A stretch of DNA of 64,000 nucleotides from a virus (taxonomy: Duplodnaviria; Caudoviricetes), in IMG/VR virus record IMGVR_UViG_3300050142_000050, positions 185,639 through 249,638 of that record; one strand, given 5' to 3'. The translations under genes and the position numbers were made by a program. Below are positions 1 to 9,130 of this stretch, one piece after another; the first letter of the stretch is position 1, and every line of letters starts with the position of its first letter. The notes beneath the pieces are model-generated. The model did no database searches. It saw only the letters and a program-made list of their open reading frames with translations, and had not been told where the DNA came from.

Positions 1-183
1 TCCACCATGCAGGCAGCATATACCTCATCGCGTATCATGGATCAGGATATCGCCGACATCAAACGATCAGTGGGTCTCATCATCGACCACCTGGGTATTA
101 CCTCGAATGAGGCCTCCAAGGCGTCACTGCGCCTCGGTGTGATTTATTACATCATCTACCGTACTCTGGAGAAGATGAAATAA
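1..183 (+). CDS. 3' end of a hypothetical protein (runs off window edge)
   Basis: Frame 1 is open from base 1 to TAA at 181-183 (...ASLRLGVIYYIIYRTLEKMK*). Confidence 0.6.
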   Translation, partial: STMQAAYTSSRIMDQDIADIKRSVGLIIDHLGITSNEASKASLRLGVIYYIIYRTLEKMK

Positions 184-228
184 TAAATCACCAGAACTCA
201 TGGTGTGGACCTAACAAGGAGAAGCATC

Positions 229-771
229 ATGGATACCACAATGCAAGTTATGATCGATCGGGTGATAAGTAAAGGGAGCGGCATTCTCGACGATAACGCG
301 AGACTATCTGAGACGTTGTTACAAGTCGCAGCTGCAATTGAGCTGAATACCGCAAGTGGGTCGCCGTACAACTCGGAACCGAAAATCTACAGCGATGAAG
401 TAAGTGAGCTTCTTAACGAAAAAGCCAATCTTCTGACAGACCTTATCTCCACCAACTTAAGGCTGATAGTCGCATCAGCATCGCTCAGTGGAGCTGATCC
501 GAACTTCTTTGACCGACAAACGACTGGGTCCGATACTCAGCCTCCGGAGACAGTCGATGAACCTACTCCCGAGAAGACGTACGAGGGTTATCAACTCCGA
601 GTCGTCGAGGAGCGTGATGCTCTGAAAACGAAAATGGATGCTCTCTCAAAATTCCTCAACTCCAACGCAGTAAACGACCTCACACCGGACGCCAGTGATC
701 TTCTGAATCGGCAGTGGTATGCGATGAAAGGATATCTGGACATCCTCGATAAGCGCATCGCGCTGTTCTGA
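229..771 (+). CDS. hypothetical protein with C-terminal crAss001_48-like helical domain
   Basis: ATG at 229 follows AAGGAG (track start 205). The C-terminus YQLRVVEERDALKTKMDALSKF...Q..AMKGYLDILDKRI resembles the crAss001_48-like family. Confidence 0.7.
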   Translation: MDTTMQVMIDRVISKGSGILDDNARLSETLLQVAAAIELNTASGSPYNSEPKIYSDEVSELLNEKANLLTDLISTNLRLIVASASLSGADPNFFDRQTTGSDTQPPETVDEPTPEKTYEGYQLRVVEERDALKTKMDALSKFLNSNAVNDLTPDASDLLNRQWYAMKGYLDILDKRIALF

Positions 772-796
772 GTCGACGCTGTATCTGTGATATGGA

Positions 797-825
797 TAGG
801 GGGATGGCCTGAGGCCATCCCCCTA
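797..825 (+). terminator. intergenic inverted repeat, 14-bp arms, 1-nt spacer
   Basis: TAGGGGGATGGCCT-G-AGGCCATCCCCCTA. Confidence 0.65.
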
Positions 826-998
826 CTCTACCTCTATTCCGTCTGTAAAAATAACACTCTTATCGAGCTATATCCCATGTGAATTTTAGACATAATAGCT
901 CCTAAAACTACACCTCAAAATAGGTGGGATGGTATACGGATTTACCGGCTAACGATCCCCCCCTAGACATCAATTTCAGACAATGGAATGGATAAATC

Positions 999-2867
999 AT
1001 GAACGATATGGCAGCTCGATTCCCAGGTCGACGCAAAGCAGTTACCCCTCCCAACGCCTTCAAGCGTGATCGTGAGATCCCTGATGTGTGGGTGGACGAT
1101 TCACGTGACGAACTGTTCATGGACTTTGCCCGCGCTACATTGGACGACATCTATCTGTCCCCCACTGAGAAATACCAGGATCGTATCGCTAATGCTCATC
1201 GCGCGTACGCTGACGATCAAGCACATGCCCAGCGCATGTATGAGTACTCGTCCAAAGGTTGGTGCATTCCTGCTACGCCTATCCTGGCTAATGGTGGTAC
1301 CACTCGAGGTCTTCCGATCTCGTGCTACCTGACTCATGTTCAGGACGATATGAAGGACATCATCGGCCACTGGGCCGAGATCGCTCATCTGGGTCATAAG
1401 GGTGGTGGTATCGGATCTTACTGGGGCGATGTCCGATCGGCCGATGAGAAGATCGGTCTCATTGGGAAGTCGTCTGGCGTGATGCCGTTCCTAAAGGTAG
1501 ATGATGCCCAGACTGCCAGTATCAGCCAGGGTAACGCACGACGTGCATCTGCGGTCGTGTTCCTCGACATCGATCACCCAGAGATCGAACTCTTCGTCGA
1601 GATGCGTCAGAAGACTGGTGGCGATCCCAAGTACAAGTGCCTCAACCTACATCATGGGGTGGTCATCACCGATGCCTTCATGTGGGCAGTAGTCATTAAT
1701 GGTCAATGGGACCTGAAAGCCCGCACGACAGGATTGGTCGTGAAGACCCTGAGCGCTCGAGCGCTATTCGAGAAGATCATCGAATATCGCATGGCCAATG
1801 GTGAGCCGTTCATCCTGTTCCTTGAGAATGCGAACAAGCATGTCCCCATTCACCACAAGAAAGCAGGACTCCTCGTACGAACATCCAACCTTTGTATGGA
1901 GATCCTTCTTCCCACCGGTAGAGATCAGTACGGTAATCATCGTACTGCGGTCTGTGCCCTTTATCAGCTGAATGCTGAAAAGTTTGACGAGTGGAAAGAT
2001 GATCCGAACATCATCGAAGATGTCGCTCGTTTTATGGATAACGTCTTGACCGACTATATCGACCACGCCGGTCCTGACTTCGCACGAGCCACCTATTCGG
2101 CACAGCGTGAACGCTCGATTGGTGTGGGCCACTTCGGTATCCATTCCTACCTCCAGATGAAGAATGTCCCGGTATCTTCGCCGATCGGTATGGCTATGTC
2201 GACAAAGATCGCCAAGCATATCAATGACGGCATGAAGGCTGCTTCGTATAAGCTCGCAGTCGAACGTGGCCCGTGCCCTGATGCGGCCGACTATGGGATC
2301 ATGGAGCGATTCTCCTGTAAAACCGCCATGGCTCCCACCGCTTCAGTATCTATCGTAGCAGGTGCTGGATGCTCAGCAGGTGGTGACTTCATCCCGGCGA
2401 ATATCTACACACATAAGACCAGGGTCGGTTCTTGGTCTGTCAAGAATAAGTGGTTGACGAAGGTGCTGGACGCCTATGGTAGGAATACCAATGAAGTCTG
2501 GGATTCGATCGTGAAGCACACGGGGTCGGTGGCCCATCTTGACTTCTTGTCAGATCACGAGCGTGATGTGTTCAAGACTGCCTATGAGATCGATCCGAAG
2601 TTTGGTATCCTCTACAACGAGGCTCGTATCCCTCACATCGACCAATCACAATCGTACAACATGTACATCCCACCGATGATCGATCGTGCCGAACTGATGC
2701 GTATCCACATCGACGGTTGGATGCGCGGGATCAAGTCCTATTACTACCTGCGTACTCTGGCTCCTAGCCGTGGTGATAGCAGTGATGGTGAAAAGATCCA
2801 GGTCGTGGGATGGACTCCGGAAGAGCCGGGTAAGGTGACCTACGAAGAATGCACTTGGTGTCAGTGA
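999..2867 (+). CDS. nrdA: ribonucleotide reductase class Ia alpha subunit
   Basis: PATPIL, PISC, SNLCMEI (N-C-E catalytic motif), TAMAPTAS, YYLR tyrosine pair, C-terminal CTWC redox pair. Confidence 0.97.
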   Translation: MNDMAARFPGRRKAVTPPNAFKRDREIPDVWVDDSRDELFMDFARATLDDIYLSPTEKYQDRIANAHRAYADDQAHAQRMYEYSSKGWCIPATPILANGGTTRGLPISCYLTHVQDDMKDIIGHWAEIAHLGHKGGGIGSYWGDVRSADEKIGLIGKSSGVMPFLKVDDAQTASISQGNARRASAVVFLDIDHPEIELFVEMRQKTGGDPKYKCLNLHHGVVITDAFMWAVVINGQWDLKARTTGLVVKTLSARALFEKIIEYRMANGEPFILFLENANKHVPIHHKKAGLLVRTSNLCMEILLPTGRDQYGNHRTAVCALYQLNAEKFDEWKDDPNIIEDVARFMDNVLTDYIDHAGPDFARATYSAQRERSIGVGHFGIHSYLQMKNVPVSSPIGMAMSTKIAKHINDGMKAASYKLAVERGPCPDAADYGIMERFSCKTAMAPTASVSIVAGAGCSAGGDFIPANIYTHKTRVGSWSVKNKWLTKVLDAYGRNTNEVWDSIVKHTGSVAHLDFLSDHERDVFKTAYEIDPKFGILYNEARIPHIDQSQSYNMYIPPMIDRAELMRIHIDGWMRGIKSYYYLRTLAPSRGDSSDGEKIQVVGWTPEEPGKVTYEECTWCQ

Positions 2868-2928
2868 CCCAAGACTGACTTCTTTCATCGAACCGTCCGT
2901 AGTCAATTTTACAAAGAAAGCTTCAGAG

Positions 2929-4128
2929 ATGACTTCTTTTACTCTCTTCGACAATGAACCCACCATCGAAGAAATCACTCTTCAGCGTCGTGATAAGGTG
3001 ATGAATGGAATCCACAATGGATCTATTCCTCATGAGAAGATCGCCTATATTCCGATGGAATATCTCGATGTCACCAGCATCCCTGGCGTGGCCAGTGAGA
3101 ATATCCTGACTGAGTCCAGAGTCTACAAGCCGTTTCGATATGAGTTCGGCTATCGGATGTATGAGATGCAGAACAATCTGCATTGGATGCAAGACAAGAT
3201 CTCCATGGACGAAGATATCGTGCAATTCGGTCGGCTTCCTGATCAACAGCGAGAAGTCCTTGAGGACATCTTCCCGATGTTCGTGAAGAATGACATGGTG
3301 GCTGAAGACTTCTGGGCTGGTAAATACCAGCGCATCTTTAAGCCCCATGAGATCCAGATGGGCATCGGTGCTGCTGTCAACATGGAGGCTATCCATAAGA
3401 GTGCCTATGCCTACCTATTGGATTCTCTGGCATTCCCTGTGGGTCGCTACAGCGACTTCTTGACCCATCAGGAAGCCACTGATAAGCTCGACTACACGAC
3501 GGGCTTCCATATGACCTCGCTGTACGAGACCCTGGCATCGATCTTCATGTTCGGTGCGATGACTGAGGGTGTACAGCTCTATGGGAACTTCGCAGTCATG
3601 ATGAGCTTCCCTCACCGCAATCTGATGAAGGGTATGGGTCAGGTGGTGACCTGGTCGGTGCGTGATGAGAGTCTGCACTGTGGGTTCGCAGCACAACTGT
3701 GGAAGCACACTCTTCTGGAGTTCGGTCATCTCATTGACATCAAGGCTCTCTTCACATGGTGTCAGAAGATCGCCCATCGGGTATATCAGAATGAGGTCGG
3801 TTTTGCAACCCTGATCTTCCGCCGTGGTCCTCTTCCGGATATGACGTTCGAACAACATTGCCAATACATGCGTCACCTGATTGACTCGCGTCTGAAGTCT
3901 TATGGGATCGCACCCATCTTCGGTGAACCTGAGACGCCGTATGACTTCTTGACGTCTCTTCTGTCAGGCGTCGAATATGCCAACTTCTTCGAGCAGCGTG
4001 CTACTGAATACGGCATGGCGAACCTGACTGGTTCGTTCCAGCCTGCATACGGCGCAGCACTGAGCGAGATCGACTTCATCAAGGAAAAACGCAAGTCTCT
4101 TGGTTTTGCTGTACCCGAAGGGGTTTGA
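2929..4128 (+). CDS. nrdB: ribonucleotide reductase class I beta subunit
   Basis: EAIH, EGVQL and DESLH di-metal ligand motifs, radical Tyr in HKSAY, NFFEQRATEY tail; follows nrdA. Confidence 0.95.
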   Translation: MTSFTLFDNEPTIEEITLQRRDKVMNGIHNGSIPHEKIAYIPMEYLDVTSIPGVASENILTESRVYKPFRYEFGYRMYEMQNNLHWMQDKISMDEDIVQFGRLPDQQREVLEDIFPMFVKNDMVAEDFWAGKYQRIFKPHEIQMGIGAAVNMEAIHKSAYAYLLDSLAFPVGRYSDFLTHQEATDKLDYTTGFHMTSLYETLASIFMFGAMTEGVQLYGNFAVMMSFPHRNLMKGMGQVVTWSVRDESLHCGFAAQLWKHTLLEFGHLIDIKALFTWCQKIAHRVYQNEVGFATLIFRRGPLPDMTFEQHCQYMRHLIDSRLKSYGIAPIFGEPETPYDFLTSLLSGVEYANFFEQRATEYGMANLTGSFQPAYGAALSEIDFIKEKRKSLGFAVPEGV

Positions 4129-4136
4129 ATGTAATA

Positions 4137-4166
4137 GAGAGAGGAGGGCTCACGCCCTCCTCTCTC
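4137..4166 (+). terminator. intergenic hairpin after nrdB, 13-bp stem
   Basis: GAGAGAGGAGGGC-TCAC-GCCCTCCTCTCTC. Confidence 0.7.
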
Positions 4167-4200
4167 ACTACCTATACCTCAAGTCAATTTATTTGATAGT

Positions 4201-4216
4201 CATATTACCAGAGTGA
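4201..4216 (+). promoter_or_regulatory. phiKZ-type early promoter (CATATTAC-N4-GTGA)
   Basis: CATATTACCAGAGTGAAG, identical to 20566-20583; TATTAC is the phiKZ early promoter core. Confidence 0.7.
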
Positions 4217-4240
4217 AGGAAGTGAATCTCCCTTCGTTCT

Positions 4241-4262
4241 AATTAAGGAGTGTCCTAACATG
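4241..4262 (+). repeat. repeated translation-initiation cassette AATTAAGGAGTGYCCTAACATG
   Basis: Copies at 4241-4262 and 11300-11321 (1 mismatch), a variant at 14750-14772 and a looser copy at 5186-5204. Confidence 0.75.
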
Positions 4263-4334
4263 GCCAATTCTATCTCTTATGGTAGCCCTACTCGTAGTGC
4301 CCGTATCCGTGATCTGCGCGATACCCGCATCTGA
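4260..4334 (+). CDS. 24-aa peptide MANSISYGSPTRSARIRDLRDTRI (not in ORF track)
   Basis: AAGGAG at 4245-4250, ATG at 4260, TGA at 4332-4334; first ORF after a TATTAC promoter. Confidence 0.55.
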   Translation: MANSISYGSPTRSARIRDLRDTRI

Positions 4335-4376
4335 TCTTCCATCGCATCCGACTACTTCGAAAAAGGAGAGGTCTCC

Positions 4377-5123
4377 ATGAAAGCTATCGCACCAACCGTC
4401 ACCTCAGTGAAGAGTCTCAGACTCTCGCTAGGTGATAACCAAGAGGTATTTGCAAAGAAGACCGGGTATTCTCAATCACGAGTATCCCGCATGGAAGAGA
4501 AGGACCTGATATCTCTAGACAATCTAAAAAAGATGCTCGATGTGTTCGGTTATGATCTACATGTCGATGCGATCAGTCGCGATACGGGTCATCGTCTCAG
4601 CCTGGTCGGCGAAGGAGCCACTGCGTTGACTTTGGATCGGGAGGGTCCTAAATTCTTCACCTCCGATAAAGAGATCATAGATCCAGAACTACTACGTAGC
4701 ATCATGGGTATGGATCATGATGATGAGAGTGTTACGATTGGAGGTAAGAAATTCGATAGATTCAATAGATATTCTCGCAGCTTTATTCGGGTCACTATTG
4801 GGGGTTTCCGAGGTAGTGTCTGCCCGCTCTATCTGGCGAATTTATATTACAGAGGGGAGCACCCCTCTAAGGGACATCGCGTGTTCCCGGTGGACGGAAA
4901 TTACTCGAACTTCAGCAGCGATAACATCTTCATCGGGAATCCGAGAGACTATACGCCTACACAAGTTCCCTACCGAGTGATTCATCAGGGTAAAGTCATC
5001 GACCAGAGTTTTAGCGGATATGAAATGCGGCGCCTTATAAACCGTATTCGGTGTCAAGATAAAAATTATGACCATACCCTCCAAAAGAAGATTAACGGTA
5101 GGTGGGTGACTGCTGATTTCTGA
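4377..5123 (+). CDS. XRE-family HTH fused to degenerate HNH-like domain
   Basis: N-terminal LRLSLGDNQEVFAKKTGYSQSRVSRME HTH; C-terminal HRVFPVDGNYSNFSSDNI resembles the HNH motif HxDGNxxNNxxxNL. Confidence 0.7.
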   Translation: MKAIAPTVTSVKSLRLSLGDNQEVFAKKTGYSQSRVSRMEEKDLISLDNLKKMLDVFGYDLHVDAISRDTGHRLSLVGEGATALTLDREGPKFFTSDKEIIDPELLRSIMGMDHDDESVTIGGKKFDRFNRYSRSFIRVTIGGFRGSVCPLYLANLYYRGEHPSKGHRVFPVDGNYSNFSSDNIFIGNPRDYTPTQVPYRVIHQGKVIDQSFSGYEMRRLINRIRCQDKNYDHTLQKKINGRWVTADF

Positions 5124-5201
5124 TATTTGAGTATTTAGTTGAAATTACCCAAAACCTTTTCGGTACTGTAAGAAGTGCTGATTTGAATTAAGGAATGTCC
5201 T

Positions 5202-5750
5202 ATGTCCAATATTCAAGAACCCTATGCCTCCATCAACCTCGAACTCCAGCTGTTCGAAGATGGGAGGATCAGCTCTAACCTCAGTACCAGTGCCCGGGAT
5301 ATGCGTCCTCAATTTGTCCTTGACGAGATTGACAAGTATTCCGCTGCGGAGCGTCAGGCTCTCGTCAAGTGTCCTTTCCATAAGGAAAAGGACAAAGATC
5401 AGACTACGGTAGCGAGGGAGCAACCGAAGATCCTGAACGAGTTCTGGACGAACTTCGAATCCGACCAGGTCGAGGTGGGTCGCGATTATCGGATTATCGC
5501 TTTCCACTATAAGTCAATGATCAGTACCGATATAACGATGATCGTTACGGACAATACGGGTCGTCAGCGTGCGAACATCGATGTCGAATTTTCGGATTGG
5601 CTCGACCTACGTAAGGTGACCAGATTCAAGATCACCGATCGATTCGGCAGTATGAGTTTCTTCTCCGTAGGCGTATTGGAATATCGCCCGGACGGTAGGG
5701 AAATTTATATCGATGAATCTCGTGACCGTAAGGATTCCGCAAATGTCTAA
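5202..5750 (+). CDS. hypothetical protein
   Basis: 182-aa ORF, AAGGA RBS. Confidence 0.75.
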   Translation: MSNIQEPYASINLELQLFEDGRISSNLSTSARDMRPQFVLDEIDKYSAAERQALVKCPFHKEKDKDQTTVAREQPKILNEFWTNFESDQVEVGRDYRIIAFHYKSMISTDITMIVTDNTGRQRANIDVEFSDWLDLRKVTRFKITDRFGSMSFFSVGVLEYRPDGREIYIDESRDRKDSANV

Positions 5751-6225
5751 GTTGTCTAGAAATACACTACGCATCATTCAGGCTATCAGTCAGTACGGAG
5801 ACCATATCGGTATTCGGACGGCACTTAAGAATCTATGCGATCTCTCGAACACTGACGACATTCTGAAGGTGACCAGCGCAGCCATTCGCGAACTCTCTCG
5901 TGAGCTGCTTTCCGTCGAAAATATCCTGACACCATCGCACGGTGTCTTGAAGTTCGAGATCGAGGATATATCCCCTGAACTCGGCTCTGTCATCATTGTG
6001 AGAAATGTGACGTACGATCACAGTGATCCCGTAGAGCAGGGTAGGATCATCTGTGCTCGGGATAAGGCGCAGAAGATCGTCGATATCCTGAATGGTCTTC
6101 CTGAAGACGTACCGATCGACATCTCCCTCAAGAAGGCGGAAGTGTTGGAGGGTACCGGAGACCAGGACGTCCAACTCGAGGATAGCTTCGAGCAGAAGCT
6201 CGTTGATCTCCTCAACAAAAAATAA
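5743..6225 (+). CDS. hypothetical protein
   Basis: ATG 5743 after AAGGA, overlaps upstream stop; track ORF 5713..6225. Confidence 0.7.
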   Translation: MSKLSRNTLRIIQAISQYGDHIGIRTALKNLCDLSNTDDILKVTSAAIRELSRELLSVENILTPSHGVLKFEIEDISPELGSVIIVRNVTYDHSDPVEQGRIICARDKAQKIVDILNGLPEDVPIDISLKKAEVLEGTGDQDVQLEDSFEQKLVDLLNKK

Positions 6226-6238
6226 TACCATCCACAAA

Positions 6239-6267
6239 AGGAGGAGGGGTATTATGCCCCTCCTCCT
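6239..6267 (+). terminator. intergenic hairpin
   Basis: AGGAGGAGGGG-TATTATG-CCCCTCCTCCT. Confidence 0.65.
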
Positions 6268-6290
6268 ATCATTCAAGAGGTCTTGACAAT

Positions 6291-6512
6291 ATGACAATCG
6301 ATCCCATTGAGGCTCTCATCCTCAATATCCGCATCTCTCTGGAGGCAAGCTTCCAGAGTGAAATTGCCGCTCATGTGGCTAAGAAGCTCTGCGAGTATGA
6401 TCCCGACATCGTCAGGATCCTGCGCGTCTATGAGAGCGGTAATCGCTTCATCATCCGGTATGTGGACTCGCGTTCGGAAATGCTCTCCTTCGTCATCAAT
6501 CTCAGGGGATAA
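6291..6512 (+). CDS. hypothetical protein
   Basis: 73-aa ORF, GAGG RBS. Confidence 0.65.
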   Translation: MTIDPIEALILNIRISLEASFQSEIAAHVAKKLCEYDPDIVRILRVYESGNRFIIRYVDSRSEMLSFVINLRG

Positions 6513-6515
6513 TCC

Positions 6516-6704
6516 ATGGACTCTGGCAAGAAGCGGAATGGTCAGCATCTCGTCAGAGTGCTGATCGACTCCAATACCGATAGATCGATCATGATCGAGG
6601 CATCCATCGACAATCGAGTGAAAGATCACCGCATGTGGTTAGCTCACCAGATTAGCTGGGCTAAACGTAATGGGTGTATCGTCGAGGTGGCTCGTACGAA
6701 TTGA
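6516..6704 (+). CDS. hypothetical protein
   Basis: 62-aa ORF, tightly spaced after previous gene. Confidence 0.6.
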   Translation: MDSGKKRNGQHLVRVLIDSNTDRSIMIEASIDNRVKDHRMWLAHQISWAKRNGCIVEVARTN

Positions 6705-6712
6705 TCCGAGTG

Positions 6713-6736
6713 AGAGGAGGGAAATTTCCCTCCTCT
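6713..6736 (+). terminator. perfect 24-bp palindrome
   Basis: AGAGGAGGGAAATTTCCCTCCTCT. Confidence 0.65.
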
Positions 6737-6796
6737 AATCTCTACTATTGGATAACCGATGGTAAAGATTAGAGATCACCTTTAGGAGATTGTTCA

Positions 6797-7159
6797 ATGA
6801 GTAAGAAACCCCTAGCGGTAGTTATCAAAGGTAACCCCAAATATTTGTACAATCGAAAGACTGCCTTACTGGCAGCCGCTTTCTACTCTGAGATCGAACA
6901 TCTTCTCAAGACCCTCGGTTGGGAAGTAGAGTTCGATCAGGGCGCACCATTCACAACGCCTCGCGATGATGCGCAATGTTGGATCGCTCATAGTCGGGGT
7001 ATCGATAGACTCAGGTTCGCACCTGACCATATCCAGACACTGGCACTCTCTACCAAGTGTACCATCACGGGCCATATCGATACAGTCGGTATGGATCACA
7101 ATCACTACCGTCTATCCGCAGAGGATATCAAAAACATCAGAGCTCTTCGTCGGAACTAG
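6797..7159 (+). CDS. small protein with alpha/beta-hydrolase-like nucleophile elbow
   Basis: AGGAG RBS; WIAHSRG matches the GxSxG/AHSxG elbow. Confidence 0.55.
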   Translation: MSKKPLAVVIKGNPKYLYNRKTALLAAAFYSEIEHLLKTLGWEVEFDQGAPFTTPRDDAQCWIAHSRGIDRLRFAPDHIQTLALSTKCTITGHIDTVGMDHNHYRLSAEDIKNIRALRRN

Positions 7160-7180
7160 CTCTAAAGAGGAGAACGTCCT

Positions 7181-8155
7181 ATGTATGAAGCACCCTACCG
7201 CCACTATACCAAGTACGCCGCATGGCTGAAAGCAACCAAAGGTATCGAGGTTGACATTACGGATTTGGATCAACAACCCCAAGAATTGATCCACGAGTTC
7301 TACATGGAGGATGTGATCGAACCACATCCTCCTCTCGCCCGCCATCCCGATCGGGAACAGCTCAATCGGTTGGGGCCGGGGGCACTGGTCCTCATCCACT
7401 GTCCCGCAGGAACCGACGATATCACATTCCCACTCCTGGTGAGGCTGGCCAAGGTGAAGAGACACGACTTCACCTACGATATCAAGTTAGGGACTGATGA
7501 CGTTATGGAACAAATCCCACCGACTGTATATTGGGATTATACCAAACTCCCTGAAGGTCGTCTGCCTCCTGAGAGCGTGAGGCGTTCATCTCATCCAGGT
7601 CTCAGCATGTGCGATGGTCATTGGGTGTTGGCCATTTACGACTATGGGAAGTACGAACCTTCCCCTCGGAACATCTATGCCCACGAGCGCACAATCACCG
7701 GATACAACTCACGTGTCCGATATAGAGCCTTCAGGAGAGATCCCAGTGTATATGGCACAGGGTCCATATCTCGCGGGATATATGGTGGGAACCTAGTGGT
7801 ACTCGCTAAGGAGATTCTCTCCACTCATCCATCCGTAGTGGTCCCTTATGAGATCTGGAACGACCTGTTCATGGAAGCCTACAATAAGTCAGGTCGTCCT
7901 GGTTATGTGGGACCCATTCCCAAACAGCCTACCTGCATCGACGATTACCGCGTTTACAGAGTAACGTTCGGTACCGGGCAGTATTCGGCACGCGTCAACA
8001 TCAAAGCATTCCGTAAGTGGGTGCTCAAGAATGCCCATCGCTTCTGTCCGACTCTCGCCAAACATATCGCCCACCGGAAGGAACAATACCGTCTTGGTCG
8101 AGAGCGAGACGAAGTGGGATTTTTCGAAACCTCTTTCGCACCAATCGGTTATTAA
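7181..8155 (+). CDS. hypothetical protein
   Basis: 324-aa ORF, GAGGAG RBS. Confidence 0.8.
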   Translation: MYEAPYRHYTKYAAWLKATKGIEVDITDLDQQPQELIHEFYMEDVIEPHPPLARHPDREQLNRLGPGALVLIHCPAGTDDITFPLLVRLAKVKRHDFTYDIKLGTDDVMEQIPPTVYWDYTKLPEGRLPPESVRRSSHPGLSMCDGHWVLAIYDYGKYEPSPRNIYAHERTITGYNSRVRYRAFRRDPSVYGTGSISRGIYGGNLVVLAKEILSTHPSVVVPYEIWNDLFMEAYNKSGRPGYVGPIPKQPTCIDDYRVYRVTFGTGQYSARVNIKAFRKWVLKNAHRFCPTLAKHIAHRKEQYRLGRERDEVGFFETSFAPIGY

Positions 8156-8221
8156 TCACAAGTCCTCAGTGGTGGGATTTAACCACTCTAGTTTTCTCTC
8201 TTTTCAACAAGGAACATCATC

Positions 8222-8638
8222 ATGAACAACTTCTATCAAGTTCTCCCGCTCATCACCTCGATCGTGTGTGCACTGGTCGGTCTCAAGTGTGCGCTGTTTG
8301 ATCACAAGGAACCAGGTACTTCTCGTACCTGCTTTGTGGTATTCTCGATTGCACTGATCAGCATGCAGCTCCACATCGAACTCACCGATCCTTCGTTCTT
8401 CAGTAATGCGGTCATCCGTATCGTCACTGGAATGATCGATACAGTGATCATCCTGGGTTGTCTCGCCCTGATGTACCTGGCCACCAAGGTCGCAGTCGAT
8501 CTCGATGATATCAGCACTGACTCCGTCCCCAACATCGCCAAGGATCTGATGATCAAGTTCGGGGCATTCGGTGCTGTGGTCGTGACCATGACGACCTATG
8601 TGTTCGGCACAACCATCGGTGTCTGGGCATTGGTTTGA
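8222..8638 (+). CDS. multi-pass membrane protein
   Basis: About 4 hydrophobic segments; AAGGA RBS. Confidence 0.75.
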   Translation: MNNFYQVLPLITSIVCALVGLKCALFDHKEPGTSRTCFVVFSIALISMQLHIELTDPSFFSNAVIRIVTGMIDTVIILGCLALMYLATKVAVDLDDISTDSVPNIAKDLMIKFGAFGAVVVTMTTYVFGTTIGVWALV

Positions 8639-8649
8639 AATATACCTCA

Positions 8650-8681
8650 TAGATGCAGTGGGGACATCCCCACTGCATCTA
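8650..8681 (+). terminator. inverted repeat, 15-bp arms, 2-nt spacer
   Basis: TAGATGCAGTGGGGA-CA-TCCCCACTGCATCTA. Confidence 0.65.
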
Positions 8682-8704
8682 CTGTCTATAAGGAACTGTG
8701 ATCC

Positions 8705-9130
8705 ATGTATCCCCATCTCACGACGCTCGAGTTCATCGGTACGATCCTCGCATTCGTGATTCCAGCGATCGCGTTTGGTGCGACACCTGATGTGCATAAC
8801 TTTCTAACCGGAGTCCATTCCAGACTCGGTACTTTCACAAAAGGTATCGTACTCTTCGTGTGTGCGACACTGTTTGCTGGCGGTGTGGTCGTGACCTTCG
8901 TATACGGGGCCCTCAACTTCCAGACTGGTCGCGAAGTCGATCGTGTGCGTGGCACACAAGTACTCGATATCTTCGGGTATGAAAATCCTCAGTTCTTCGA
9001 TGTACCCACTGGTGGTTGTCATGGACCTGATGAAGCAGTGCTCCTTTTCAGAGCGACTGAGCGCTATACCAAGAAAATGCGTGCCGGTCGTATCTGTGAT
9101 GGAAACAACAACACGTATATCGTCTGGTAG
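8705..9130 (+). CDS. membrane protein (2 TM plus soluble C-terminus)
   Basis: Two hydrophobic N-terminal segments; AAGGA RBS. Confidence 0.75.
   Translation: MYPHLTTLEFIGTILAFVIPAIAFGATPDVHNFLTGVHSRLGTFTKGIVLFVCATLFAGGVVVTFVYGALNFQTGREVDRVRGTQVLDIFGYENPQFFDVPTGGCHGPDEAVLLFRATERYTKKMRAGRICDGNNNTYIVW

Noticed and set aside
865-930. Short inverted repeats (GAGCTAT/ATAGCTC, ATCCCA/TGGGAT, TTTTAG/CTAAAA) upstream of nrdA
   Set aside because: Only 6-7 bp each in AT-rich DNA and mutually crossing; no recognisable riboswitch or NrdR box
999-4128. Possible intein or intron in nrdA/nrdB
   Set aside because: Both frames are continuous, of normal or short length, with motifs in order and no C/S...HN-C intein ends
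8168-8187. AGTGGT...ACCACT hairpin after ORF 7181
   Set aside because: Only a 6-bp stem; may be a decayed member of the family but is too weak to list
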